DNA of 64,000 nt from an uncultured Clostridia bacterium (lineage in GTDB: Bacteria; Bacillota; Clostridia; TANB77; CAG-465), in assembly GCA_947584535.1 (NCBI GenBank), contig CANPWO010000002.1, positions 12,784 through 76,783 on the forward strand. Direction: 5' to 3'. The stretch's first letter is position 1. Each line of letters begins with the position of its first letter. Below are positions 28,072 through 39,254 of the stretch, piece after piece. Under the pieces are notes generated by a model that worked only from the letters and a program-made list of their open reading frames with translations, was not told where the DNA came from and made no database searches. The translations under genes and the position numbers were made by a program.

Positions 28072-30129
28072 TTAGAAAGTCATATTGCTAAAGTAAGACA
28101 TCATTTGCATTATACTTACTATCATAAGTGGTGCAACTAAATATCCACCAATTAGTAGTACCATAGGTGCAAACCCTAATACCTTACCATAAGTAACTTT
28201 CTTTTGAATAAGTCTTTCATTTGCATCCTTTCTTCTTTCATGGAAGAATGCTCTTTCAGTTTCAAGTTCATCAAATGCATCTCTAATAGGTATTCTTTCA
28301 ACTGCAGAAAGTAATTGTTCGCATATTCTTTGGAAATCTTTGTATGGAACATCTTCCTTTAACTGTTCAAGAGCTACCTCTGCACCTGCTTCATAGTTGT
28401 TTAAACAAGTTGCAATTGGCTCCTTAAATGCATATGAAAATCTTTCAAGCCATTCAAGTATTGTTTGAACATCAATTCTATCAATATACATAAGCATTAA
28501 TATAATTGACTGAAATTGCATTATTTCGTTTTCTTTTTCCATTTCTCTTATCTTGTTTCTAATCATTAAAAGTAACGTTGGCATATAATATGCAACTATT
28601 GCGCATAAAAGAGAAACTAATACATGCCAAAATTTAATATATGAATTATTTACCGTATTTATTTTATCATATACTCTATCAACAGCTGTTTGATCAACTG
28701 TTCCAGTAGCCGAATCAGTAAACTCCATTGCTAGTTCTTCTTTTGTTACATTTTTGTTTTTGTACTTGTCTAGATAAGACTTATCTCTTTCATTTAATGC
28801 TTCTGCTGCTGCTTCTTGTTCAGCACTTAACTTACCAAATGATAAAAATTCATCACTTATTTTATTGTATACAGCACTAACATCAATTCTTTGCATGTTA
28901 AACATCAATATAAGTACGAGTATAAATGTTATAGCTGCCGCTGTAAGTTTATTAACATATAACCATTCTATTGTTAGATAAGAGTTTGTATTTTTTATAA
29001 GGATTGTTTCATTTCTATTTTTTCTAGTATGTGGCTTAGATTTAAAAGCATCAACTATCATTTTTACAAATGGATATTTATATACCTTATCTTGCCACTT
29101 CCTACCAGACATTCTATCAAATTTTATTTCTTCTGAATCTTCACGTACAATTCTAAGCATTAGATAAGAAATAAATATTGATACTATAATTAATGACTGC
29201 ATTACAAAGCCTATACTACTGTTATAGAAATTAGATAGTGCAGGGAAGTTTGACTCTGCCCAACCTTGTAATGGTTTTATTGCAAAAAGAGGTGCAACTG
29301 CAATTATAGTTAAACTTCTAAACATATAATTGATTTTATCTCTTTTTAATATTTCTAGATGTATCTCAGTTAATATATTATTTAAATTTTTAAGATATAC
29401 TGAAGTCCCATCTACTTTTTTATCTCCAAGATCAAGAGTTAGATAAGATACACCTGCAAACAGTTTTAAAAATCTATTTGGTGCAGTATCATAGTATCTT
29501 TCAAGCTCTGTTTCTGGATTAGTTGAAAGCATTGCTTCTTTAATTCTTTTTAGTTGAGGTACAACTTCTTTTTCGCCTAAATCGTCAATTGCCTCAACGA
29601 AAGATTCTTCTATCATTCCATGTTCATGAAATGCATGTCTTATACTTGTAAACACTTCCGGTAACTGTCTTAGTATCTTTTCTGATACAGCTGTTATTCC
29701 AAAATCTATTATCTTTTCTGTAATAATAAGTACACCTACTATTATCATTAAAGACATATACAAGTCATTTACTAAATTTATAAATACAAATAGTGAGACA
29801 AACAAGAATCCAAGTGCTATAAGCATTGACTTACCAGTTCTACGTCTTATTTCATATTCTGTATAATCGTTTGTCATTTCCATTTTTAGTCTTGTCTTTT
29901 TAGTATAATATTTTATAATTGGCATTTTTACAAATGTTAAATAAACAATTTGATAAATTCTATCAAAACCATCTTTAACTGAGCCTTTATTTTTTACAAC
30001 TAATTGATCTTGACTAAAAAGTGCACTATTCTTTTTATATCTTCTTTTTACTAATTGAAAATATACAAGTAAAGCAATTAAACCAACAACTGATATTGCA
30101 ACTAGGCCTATAGCTATATAAATTATCAA
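28072..30129 (-). CDS. Polytopic membrane protein, TadB/TadC (T2SS-F)-like platform, long fused form (685 aa)
   Basis: Multiple TM segments separated by helical cytoplasmic regions. It sits immediately after the CpaF-like ATPase, and the assignment rests on position and architecture. Confidence 0.55.
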   Translation of the reverse strand: MIIYIAIGLVAISVVGLIALLVYFQLVKRRYKKNSALFSQDQLVVKNKGSVKDGFDRIYQIVYLTFVKMPIIKYYTKKTRLKMEMTNDYTEYEIRRRTGKSMLIALGFLFVSLFVFINLVNDLYMSLMIIVGVLIITEKIIDFGITAVSEKILRQLPEVFTSIRHAFHEHGMIEESFVEAIDDLGEKEVVPQLKRIKEAMLSTNPETELERYYDTAPNRFLKLFAGVSYLTLDLGDKKVDGTSVYLKNLNNILTEIHLEILKRDKINYMFRSLTIIAVAPLFAIKPLQGWAESNFPALSNFYNSSIGFVMQSLIIVSIFISYLMLRIVREDSEEIKFDRMSGRKWQDKVYKYPFVKMIVDAFKSKPHTRKNRNETILIKNTNSYLTIEWLYVNKLTAAAITFILVLILMFNMQRIDVSAVYNKISDEFLSFGKLSAEQEAAAEALNERDKSYLDKYKNKNVTKEELAMEFTDSATGTVDQTAVDRVYDKINTVNNSYIKFWHVLVSLLCAIVAYYMPTLLLMIRNKIREMEKENEIMQFQSIILMLMYIDRIDVQTILEWLERFSYAFKEPIATCLNNYEAGAEVALEQLKEDVPYKDFQRICEQLLSAVERIPIRDAFDELETERAFFHERRKDANERLIQKKVTYGKVLGFAPMVLLIGGYLVAPLMIVSIMQMMSYFSNMTF

Positions 30130-30134
30130 CTATA

Positions 30135-32027
30135 TCACCTCCATGCTACATCAAGGAAGTTATCAAATTCCTTCACATCTTCAGGAGACATATTTTCTCT
30201 CATTGAAGTAATATTTTCTTCACTTATTGGATTTGTAAATACATACTTTCCATCATGCCACTCTACTATATTTCTATATGTATAATTACCATTCTCTGTT
30301 TGGTGTTCAAAATATTCAACTGCATTATCCATGAATTTATCTAGTTTACCATCCATTGATCTTTCATTTTTATAATCGTTATTATAGTTAAATTCAGGAT
30401 CTAGAGGAATACACTCTGTTATTCTTTCTATATATCTTGTTCCATCTACACCTCTTTTTAGATGGATATCAAAGTTTATAACTTGTACAACCTGTACTTC
30501 TGCAACATTTTCATTATTGAACATTCCAATTTTTAGTAATGAGTTTCTTAGTGCTGTTATAAGGTTAGGGAATGTTTTAGCATGGTGTGTAAATAATGTA
30601 AATTTAGAGGCAACCTGTGCCATTTGAATCATCCAAGCAGCAACGGGGTCTGTTGCAACCTCTCCTAGGATGTTAACACCACCATCTGTTTTCTTTTGAA
30701 CATCAAGTCCCATTTGACCTGTAATTGTATCTGTTTCTCTTAAAGATAGGATATTGTGATAAGGATAAATTTTTCTTAAGTGCAATTCGAACGCAGTTTC
30801 CTGTACACGAATTGTAATTGTTGGATATAAGTATTTCATTATAGCCATTAGAAGTGTTGTTTTACCACAACCCTGCTCACCTGTTATAGCTGTTACTCTT
30901 GCACCTCTAATAAGATACTTAAGCAATTCAATAACATTTTCTTTATTTTCATGTATAAGTAGTTGTTCTGCAGATATTAAAGTTGGTGGAGCAAATTTTC
31001 TTACGAAAAATGCCCATGATTCTGAGAAGTTTGGTCTAAGAACAACAACTCTGGAACCATCTTTCATTTCATTGATTTTAAAACCAACTGATTCAGATAA
31101 TTGTCCTGGATTATTGAATTTATATATATTTTGACATACTCTTTTAAGTTCTGCTTCACTGCCAAAAGATAAGAATGATAAATATGTAGCTTTACCTTTA
31201 TAGAATATCCATACTGAATCATATGACATCGGTATTTTTCTAGTTCCCATTTGTTCAAAATATTCATCCATACCTGAAATTTGATCTAGGAATGAAGGTG
31301 GGATACCAGATACACCACCAGATACACCATCAATATTCATATCACGAATATCATCAATTACGCTATATCCTTTATATCCTTGATATATTCTTTGAACAAC
31401 TATTTCAAGTTCATCATCAAATGTTAATGTATCAGCTGATACCTCTCTTGCAAATATATCTTCTATTTCTTTTGCAGTTATAACATATGATGGAACCTCA
31501 GGATCAAACTCATATTTTGGTACATCCAAATTATATTTTGTAATAATTTCTGTTAATGCTTCAGCATTATATTTCTTTTTATATATATGAAGCAAAATTT
31601 CAAACTTATCTTGAGGTGTCAATTCATCAAAATTATTAAAAGGTATTGCATTATTTATATTAAATTCATTTACTTTATAATTATTTCTAAGCAAATCAAA
31701 CATAAGAGTTTTTACATATTTTTTATCACTCTTATCTGCATAACCTGCTCCTTTTAATGCTTTTTTTAAATCATATTTTACATTTCTTCTTCTTTCAAAT
31801 TCCTCTTCTGAAAGAGCTAAATCATATAGATTCATTCTTGTTATTTCATCAAATTCTTTCTTTATATATTCTTTCATTTGATTTATACTATATTTTTCTC
31901 TTTCACGTGTTATAAGGTCTTTCTTTTCTTCTTGGTCAGAATGCTTTATTTTATAATAGAAAAAGCCCACTACAACTGCTACTAATAGAAGAATTAATAA
32001 TATGTTAAATATAAATGCAACTGACAT
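30135..32027 (-). CDS. cpaF: CpaF/TadA-type (T2SS-E/VirB11 superfamily) secretion ATPase with an N-terminal TM helix
   Basis: Walker A GEQGCGKTTLL, with downstream ETAFEL, ILGEVA and FTHHAK boxes in CpaF order. The N-terminus MSVAFIFNILLILLLVAVVVGFFYY is strongly hydrophobic. Confidence 0.75.
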   Translation of the reverse strand: MSVAFIFNILLILLLVAVVVGFFYYKIKHSDQEEKKDLITREREKYSINQMKEYIKKEFDEITRMNLYDLALSEEEFERRRNVKYDLKKALKGAGYADKSDKKYVKTLMFDLLRNNYKVNEFNINNAIPFNNFDELTPQDKFEILLHIYKKKYNAEALTEIITKYNLDVPKYEFDPEVPSYVITAKEIEDIFAREVSADTLTFDDELEIVVQRIYQGYKGYSVIDDIRDMNIDGVSGGVSGIPPSFLDQISGMDEYFEQMGTRKIPMSYDSVWIFYKGKATYLSFLSFGSEAELKRVCQNIYKFNNPGQLSESVGFKINEMKDGSRVVVLRPNFSESWAFFVRKFAPPTLISAEQLLIHENKENVIELLKYLIRGARVTAITGEQGCGKTTLLMAIMKYLYPTITIRVQETAFELHLRKIYPYHNILSLRETDTITGQMGLDVQKKTDGGVNILGEVATDPVAAWMIQMAQVASKFTLFTHHAKTFPNLITALRNSLLKIGMFNNENVAEVQVVQVINFDIHLKRGVDGTRYIERITECIPLDPEFNYNNDYKNERSMDGKLDKFMDNAVEYFEHQTENGNYTYRNIVEWHDGKYVFTNPISEENITSMRENMSPEDVKEFDNFLDVAWR

Positions 32028-32058
32028 TTTTTCACCTCTTTTTTATAATTTATAATAA

Positions 32059-32874
32059 TTAATTATCCCTAATTTTTGCAAGTTCAAATATTTTATTTAC
32101 TACATCCATTGTTTGTGAAATAAACATTCCATTATAATCCTTTGGGTCTGCATTTAAATTTCTATAGAAGAAATCAATAACATTTCCCATATTACATGCA
32201 TCTGCATAAAGATAATTATGAGGAACTGCATATATTGGATCTTTTACTCTAAATTTATTTTTTATATTCAAAATATTATATCTAGAATGTGGTTCATAAT
32301 CAGCTATTAAGAATATCTTTGTTTTATCTTTTAGCTCTTCCATATTATTTACTTTTTCAAAGAAATCATTTAATTTTACTTCATCTTGATTAACTACACA
32401 TACAACAATTTCAGCATCTGAAAGAGTGTCTAATTTAAACTTTTCATCATCGCTCTTTGGTAAGTCAACAAAAACCAGATCATAAACTTCAGCAGCTTTT
32501 CTAGTTATATATGGAAGATTATTTACAAGTTGTGAGTAATCTTCTTTTTCTTTAGAATTCATACCATATAAAATATCTAAACGCTCTTTTAAAACTGGTT
32601 TTGCATAGTTTTGTATTGCATCAGCAGTTAATTTATTAGATGTAACAAGTCTAATTAATGCACTTACACCTAAACTTGAACTGTCTAATGCACCACTTGC
32701 AATAAGCTCATCATAAGGAGTAAAAGATGATTCTATTTTTTTAGAATTAAAATGTCCTTGCATAAGTAAGCATGTTGCTTTATGTGATATACCCATTAAT
32801 GTACTAACTGCAACAATAGCATGAGTTGTTCCAACCATTGTATTATCTGGGCTCCAAAATACTACTCTTGGCAT
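32059..32874 (-). CDS. ParA/MinD-fold (TadZ/CpaE-like) protein with a degenerate P-loop
   Basis: RVVFWSPDNTMVGTTHAIVAVS replaces KGGxGK[ST]. A Walker-B-like LVFVDLP is present. It lies between the other ParA-like gene and the ATPase. Confidence 0.55.
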   Translation of the reverse strand: MPRVVFWSPDNTMVGTTHAIVAVSTLMGISHKATCLLMQGHFNSKKIESSFTPYDELIASGALDSSSLGVSALIRLVTSNKLTADAIQNYAKPVLKERLDILYGMNSKEKEDYSQLVNNLPYITRKAAEVYDLVFVDLPKSDDEKFKLDTLSDAEIVVCVVNQDEVKLNDFFEKVNNMEELKDKTKIFLIADYEPHSRYNILNIKNKFRVKDPIYAVPHNYLYADACNMGNVIDFFYRNLNADPKDYNGMFISQTMDVVNKIFELAKIRDN

Positions 32875-33584
32875 TAATCTCTCCTCCTTTTGATTTTATT
32901 TGCTACATCTTTAGATGTTACATCATCAACTATTTCAGCTGTAATATCAGCTATAGTACTTATATATGGTTTAGAATGTTTTTTAATATCAATTAAGCCA
33001 CTTAATTGTGAATCAATATTTTCAATTCTATCTCTATCATCATTTGGTATTTCATATTCTGGTTCAATCCATTTTACATTATATTCGTCTATTTGTGTTT
33101 CAAAATAATTTTCACTTGACCTTGATAAATATGCTTTAAACCATACTTTAGTAAGTTGTACTTCCTCTTGTTGATTATATACTCTTATTGCTTTAACCAT
33201 TTCTTTATTTTTAGCTATTGATAAAACACTTGTATCTATAAAGAAGTATACTTTATCCATTCCTCTTGTTCTAAATAGTTCATACCCTTTTGGGCTATCA
33301 ATATCAATCAATATATGATCATAAAGATTGATATTGATACCTTGTTCTATCATATAATTTTCAACATCATGCATACTGTTAAATCCAACAGCAAAATCAA
33401 TATTATTATATTGTGTAACATATGACCTTCCAATATTATCCAACGCAGGAACAACATACTTTAATTTTTGGTCTAACGTTGCATCTACAACAAGTACAGA
33501 TTTATCCATTATATTTATTGTTCTAGCTAAATTAATTGCAAAATCATATTTATCCATATAGCCTACTAATCCAATTACTTGCAT
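32874..33584 (-). CDS. Second ParA/MinD-fold (TadZ/CpaE-like) protein with a degenerate P-loop
   Basis: MQVIGLVGYMDKYDFAINLA and VLVVDATLD follow the ParA layout without a lysine-bearing Walker A. Its stop overlaps the start of the downstream gene. Confidence 0.5.
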   Translation of the reverse strand: MQVIGLVGYMDKYDFAINLARTINIMDKSVLVVDATLDQKLKYVVPALDNIGRSYVTQYNNIDFAVGFNSMHDVENYMIEQGININLYDHILIDIDSPKGYELFRTRGMDKVYFFIDTSVLSIAKNKEMVKAIRVYNQQEEVQLTKVWFKAYLSRSSENYFETQIDEYNVKWIEPEYEIPNDDRDRIENIDSQLSGLIDIKKHSKPYISTIADITAEIVDDVTSKDVANKIKRRRD

Positions 33585-33633
33585 TTATATTCCTCCTATT
33601 GTTTAATTTTTATTTTTATTATTTGTTATTTAA

Positions 33634-34791
33634 TTATTCTTCAGTAGTTTCTTCATCTACAGTTTCAACAGGTGTTAATAACTCTGTTCTAAGAGCTTTT
33701 TGATTAGTTATAGATTCTTGAGCACCAGAAACAACATTATTATAATCATCACCACTATCAGCTTTGTAATTATTTATTCCATTTTCAATATTTGCTCTAG
33801 CTTCAGCACTTAATTTTGCTTTTGCTTCTTCTAATATATTTCCATTAGTTTGCATCATTGCCATAACTTGCGCATTTGGTTGATAGTTTTCTGTTGTTCT
33901 TGTTATAGTACTAGCAAAGCTTTTATATTTTAATATTAGATTAAATATTGAATTTACAGCAGCATCAGCATCTTCAGATTTTATTGTATCTAATTCACCT
34001 TTTATTGCTTCTGTTAGTCTACCTTGTATTACAGAAGCTGTATCAGTTGCTTGAGTTGTAGTAGCGTTATCTGTAGTTGCAGTAGTATCAGTTGTTCCAT
34101 CAGTAGTTTCTGCATCATCATCATCTTTATTTGTAGATAAAGCTATGCTATCTGCTACTTTAATTTGAGAATCACTATCTGCATATTTTGTTGCATATAA
34201 TTTTGTTCCTTGATTTAAGAAAGAATCTACGATAGCACTATTTAAAAGCAATCTTTCATCTTCAGCTAAATTTATCCACATAGTTTGACCAGCAATTTTT
34301 TCAACTTGTTTTTGAGCTAAAACAATATAATCAGTACCATTTGGGTACATTATTCTTATATCAACATAGTCTAGTTCATTTAAATCACTAGGCATAACAA
34401 CAGTATTAACTTCTTGACTTCTTATATCAGCAGATATAATTTCATCAGTTAACATTGATTCTGTTAATGGTACATTAGCTGCGATATTATATTTTGCAAC
34501 TTGACCTGAAATAGATCCAACATCTAAAACTCCTGATGGAATTGTTTTAACATGTATTCTAGCAGTTGTAACCATATCATCAGTTATTACTTCTCCTTGA
34601 ATAACATCTCTTGTTAAAACAGCTACATCTTTTGTATAAAGTTCATTAAATTTTTTATTAGTTCCATTCTCATAAGTTTTTATAGTAGAAATAGCCCACC
34701 ACAAAGTTAGCCCAATTCCTACTACTCCAATAGCTGCACCAATAATAATTCCTTGTACAGTCTTTTTCTTAATTTGACTCATTCCTATCAT
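33634..34791 (-). CDS. cpaB: CpaB/RcpC-like pilus assembly protein (TM helix plus SAF domain), first gene of the operon
   Basis: N-terminal TM segment. VLTRDVIQGEVITDDMV and AANVPLTESMLTDE are SAF/RcpC-like. A T/D/A-rich low-complexity linker is present. GGAGG lies 10 nt upstream of the start. Confidence 0.65.
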   Translation of the reverse strand: MIGMSQIKKKTVQGIIIGAAIGVVGIGLTLWWAISTIKTYENGTNKKFNELYTKDVAVLTRDVIQGEVITDDMVTTARIHVKTIPSGVLDVGSISGQVAKYNIAANVPLTESMLTDEIISADIRSQEVNTVVMPSDLNELDYVDIRIMYPNGTDYIVLAQKQVEKIAGQTMWINLAEDERLLLNSAIVDSFLNQGTKLYATKYADSDSQIKVADSIALSTNKDDDDAETTDGTTDTTATTDNATTTQATDTASVIQGRLTEAIKGELDTIKSEDADAAVNSIFNLILKYKSFASTITRTTENYQPNAQVMAMMQTNGNILEEAKAKLSAEARANIENGINNYKADSGDDYNNVVSGAQESITNQKALRTELLTPVETVDEETTEE

Positions 34792-35126
34792 AAGTTTTCA
34801 ACCTCCATAATAAATAAAAAAAGTTTTTTAACTTACGCTAGTATATATCCAAAAGAATAATAATTCAATATTCATATTCTATTTTTTCACTTTTTTTATA
34901 TAATGTTAGAATATTGAAATGATATTGAAATATTTTTGTAATATTACATGTGATGATATATATTATTCAACTTAATTATATAATATATTATTAACATACT
35001 AATCAAATTTTATTATTATTTTAATATTAATTAACAACTCTAAGTGATCTAAAAGATAAAATGCATATAAATTAAAATGAATCATTTTCATTTAACTTAT
35101 ACGCACTTTTAATTATATTACTTCAC

Positions 35127-36774
35127 TTATTTAACTTCATGATATTGTTTTTCAACATTTACATTCCATACATTATTTTTATCACAATTATTTAATATAC
35201 ACTTAGATGCTATAATTCCAGTAAACATAGAATGATCCATATTATTATATCTATGTTGCCCATTTCTTCCTATACAATATAAATTATCAAATTGATTTAT
35301 ATAATCAATAATTTCATTCATATATTTATATGTTCCAAAATATGCTGGATATGCTTTTAATATTTTTATCCTCTTACTGCTAACAACATCTTTTTCATCA
35401 AATATAATATTTAATTTTTTTGCTTCTTGAATAGCAAATGCTATAAACTTTTCATCATTCATTTTCCAAAGTCTATCTTTTTCAGAACAAAAATATTCCA
35501 TACTTATTAAGACTTTATTTTTAAAATCTTCTCTATTTCTAAATAAATAAGGTGACCAATTATTAAATAATTGTAATCTTCCAACTTTAACATCTGGTTC
35601 TTGTATATAAATCCATGAATCTGGTACAATATTATTTATTGTTTTAATATTAGTTGTATTTTTTAACTTAAGTTTATTTACTACTAAACAAACGGACATA
35701 AATTCACGATATGGTAAATTAATTGCATAATTATATATTTTTTTATCAATATCTATCCCCTTAATGCAATAGAATAAATCTTTTATAGGCATAGATGAAA
35801 TACAGTAATTAGTTTTAATAATTATATCATTATTTCCGTTTTTGTATTTTATTTTATTAATATGAAAATCTTTGACATATATACCGAGTAACTTCACAAT
35901 TATAAACAATTTTGCCACCCATATTAATTATCCTTTTAGCCATTTCTTCCCACATTTGACCAGCGCCATATTTTGGATACAAGAAATTTTCAATTAAAGA
36001 AGTTTCAGTATTGTCTGCATTCTTTTTATTTAATTTTTTATTTAAAAAATCTTTTATTATCTCAAAGATAGATATTCCTTTTACTCTTTGTACTCCCCAA
36101 TCGGCAGATATATCTTTGGGATGTTTTCCCCATACTTTTTCTGTATAATTTTCAAAAAACATCTCATATAATACTTTTCCAAATCTATTTATAAAAAAAT
36201 CTTCTAATGTTTCTTCTTTTCTTTTAAATAAACATGATTTTAAATAACTAAATGCAGCTCTTACTATATTAAAGAATCCTAAATTTTTAATAAGATTATA
36301 ATTTAATGATATAGGATAATCATAGAATTTTTGTCCATATAATATCCTTGTAACTCTATCTCTATATAGCAGAGAATTATCATCCATTTCTGGATTAGAG
36401 CCTTCTGTATTATACTTTCTTTCTTTATTTAAAATAATATCATCATATGATGGCTTACACTGAATAGGCATTATATCAGTCCATATATCATTTATTATAT
36501 CAGATTTTGAAAAGAACCTATGGATTCCCGTATCAACTTTATAGTTATCAAATCTAACAGTTTTTGAAATTCCACCTACACACTCACTCTTTTCAAGAAT
36601 TATAATTTCATATTTATCTGTGAAACTTAACATATAGTAAGCAAATGTAAGTCCGGCTGGTCCTGCTCCAATTACAACTATTTTTTCTTTTTCCAAAATT
36701 TTCCTCCTAAATAACAATCTCATATAATTGATAAATTTCTTTTCTATTATAATAGCTATTAACAAGTAAATCAT
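35127..36774 (-). pseudogene. FAD-dependent oxidoreductase (amine-oxidase/UDP-galactopyranose-mutase-like fold) in two overlapping ORFs; +1 shift needed at ACT-CGG-T (CGG = 35884-35886)
   Basis: N-terminal GxGxxG (VVIGAGPAGL). The ORFs 35857-36774 and 35127-35918 overlap, and skipping one C joins ...YNCEVT to GIYVKDFHI... Confidence 0.7.
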
Positions 36775-38228
36775 CAGTTTTATATAAAAGGCTATAATTG
36801 TATTGATTTAAAATTGGTCTATAATCCTCACTTGAAGTCAATACATATACTTTATTATTTTCTGTCTTTAATTCATTTATTTTTTCTTTTATTTCTTCTT
36901 CTGATCTTTCTTTTAACCAATTATCATCCCATGTTATATATGTCATTTTTTTATTAGAATTTGAATGTATAAAACTATATTCATCTTTTTTTAAATATGC
37001 AATTACTGATTGCTGTAGTTCATCATTCAAGCATAAAATATTAGTTCCTTTTTTTATATTTTTATCAATATAACTTGCCATTATTTTTCCAGTTGAATAG
37101 TTTCCTTTTATATCTTTATACATAATTTTAAAAGTAGAAAATGTTGATATAAATACAAAAATTGTTAGTGCTATATAAGGACAAATATATAATTTATATT
37201 TTTTACTTATTTCATTTACATTATTATTAAGCTTTTTTTGTTTTGAATTCCATATCCAAAACATTAAACTATAAATTACGGTACAAACTCTAGTCATAAG
37301 CATAAACCAAAAAAATGAATGAAGTACTATAAATCCCAAAAATTGAACCCAAAATATACTTCCTTGCTCTATATCATCAAATATTCCCAAAGCACAAGCT
37401 GCTATAGCTATCATTATAAATAAATATATATATTTCGGAACAATACCTTTTCCATATAAGTTATATACAAATTGATTAACTGTTGATTTAATTTGATTTG
37501 TTATACCCATAATATTGTCTATATATTGAATATTATTTTGTTCTTCTACTATTCTACAATATTTTAAGGTGGCCACCACAATTCCTAGATATATTCCTAC
37601 TCCAATAATTACAATTAAAAGGCTTAACCAAAATTTTTTCTTATCATCAATCTTTTTTATTAAGAAAATATATTTTCCCCAATATAGTATAATTAACATT
37701 CCGAACAGTTGGTAGCATTATAAGATGAGTATTAGCAAGTAAAGCAATCAAAATTGCATATAAATAAGTTTTTTTCTCTTTTTCTTGATATATAATTGAA
37801 ATTAAAATTAAAAGTAATGGTATCATGCAATATGGTCTTGCTATGGAACTATAAAAATATAACAAGCCTGCACTAAATATAACTAATACTTTTATAAACT
37901 TATTGAATGGAGCCTTTTTTAGTATTAAAAATACTGATACTAAGCAAAATATCCATGATATAACACTTTGAACTTGTATAGGAAATCCAAGCTTAGCAAA
38001 TGGTGCCATTATAAAATACCATAAAAATGAATGCCCTTCATATTTCATCTGATTTATAATTCCACCAAAACTTAAGTCTCTTGATATTAACCAGCTTTGT
38101 GCTTCATCTTCATATGCTTCATGATTTATAACTGTTATTCCTGTAATAATAACATATATTAAAAAAATTATTATATTAAATATTTTCTCTTTATTTCTTT
38201 TTAAGAATTCTTTCATTTTATACACCAA
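36707..38228 (-). pseudogene. Polytopic membrane protein, GT-C-like glycosyltransferase candidate, in two overlapping ORFs; +1 shift needed at GTT-CGG-A (CGG = 37701-37703)
   Basis: The 193 aa and 330 aa ORFs are both multi-TM. Skipping one C joins ...IMLPTV to GMLIILYWGKY..., giving ~510 aa. The family assignment is tentative (YEDEAQSWLI loop). Confidence 0.55.
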
Positions 38229-39254
38229 TTATTTTTTTATATGCACTAAAAAACTATCCATATCATATTTAACTTTTAAATATTCATTTATATCTAATGC
38301 TACATTTTTATTTTTGCATAATAACATAGCTGTTCCATCGCCACCAGAGCCTGTTCCTTTTCCTCCATATATAAGAGGTTTTATATATTTATCGCTTAAA
38401 ACTTTATGAAGTATAGGAGCTTTTAATTCATCACAAATTGCAGAAACTTGATCCATTAAAAGCTGAAATTCATTAAATGCATAGCCAAGTTTTTCAATAT
38501 TACCATTTTCAATAGATTCACAAGATATATCTACAAGTCTTTTATTATTAATTCCTATAACATTATGTACCAATAAATCTTGCTCATTTTTTGGAAACGG
38601 TAATGCATTATTAAAACAATTCATAATTTTTCTTGTATCTTTATTTGCTTTTAAATCAACTAATAAAATATATATATCCTTCTTTACTGTAATTTTTCTA
38701 GAAACAACTGATTCCTCTAAAAAAGTAAGATGTGATATATTTTTATTAACTATACTACTTTGATCAAGGCGTCCACATTTTGATAATGCTAAATGTTCTC
38801 CTTCATATGCTATTTTTATAATCTCATTATCTGATAAGTTCAAATTATACAGTATATTAATCCATTGTGCTATGGTTATACAAATTGCTGCACTTGAGGC
38901 TAAGCCTTTTTTTATAGGTAAATCCATTTTTACAATTTTTAGTTTCAATCCAGATATATTATAATTCTTTAACATATATAATAAAGTACCACACATATAT
39001 GAAAAATAATCATTATTTTCTGCACCATTCTTCAATAAGTTTTCTTCCATATCACATTCATAATGTATATTACCAAAATCATATATAAATTTTTCATTTT
39101 TACAAGCACTAGAATAAATACCTTTATCTATTGCAACAGCTATAGCACAACCAGGAATTAAATCTTTATTTAAAGATAAATATGGACTAACTAAATCACT
39201 TATTCCTCCAATTAAGCTAATTCTCCCTGGTACAAATATAATTTTATCATTCAT
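38229..39254 (-). CDS. GHMP-family sugar kinase
   Basis: GRISLIGGISD, the PIKKGLASSAAICI GHMP motif, and C-terminal GKGTGSGGDG. Confidence 0.75.
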   Translation of the reverse strand: MNDKIIFVPGRISLIGGISDLVSPYLSLNKDLIPGCAIAVAIDKGIYSSACKNEKFIYDFGNIHYECDMEENLLKNGAENNDYFSYMCGTLLYMLKNYNISGLKLKIVKMDLPIKKGLASSAAICITIAQWINILYNLNLSDNEIIKIAYEGEHLALSKCGRLDQSSIVNKNISHLTFLEESVVSRKITVKKDIYILLVDLKANKDTRKIMNCFNNALPFPKNEQDLLVHNVIGINNKRLVDISCESIENGNIEKLGYAFNEFQLLMDQVSAICDELKAPILHKVLSDKYIKPLIYGGKGTGSGGDGTAMLLCKNKNVALDINEYLKVKYDMDSFLVHIKK

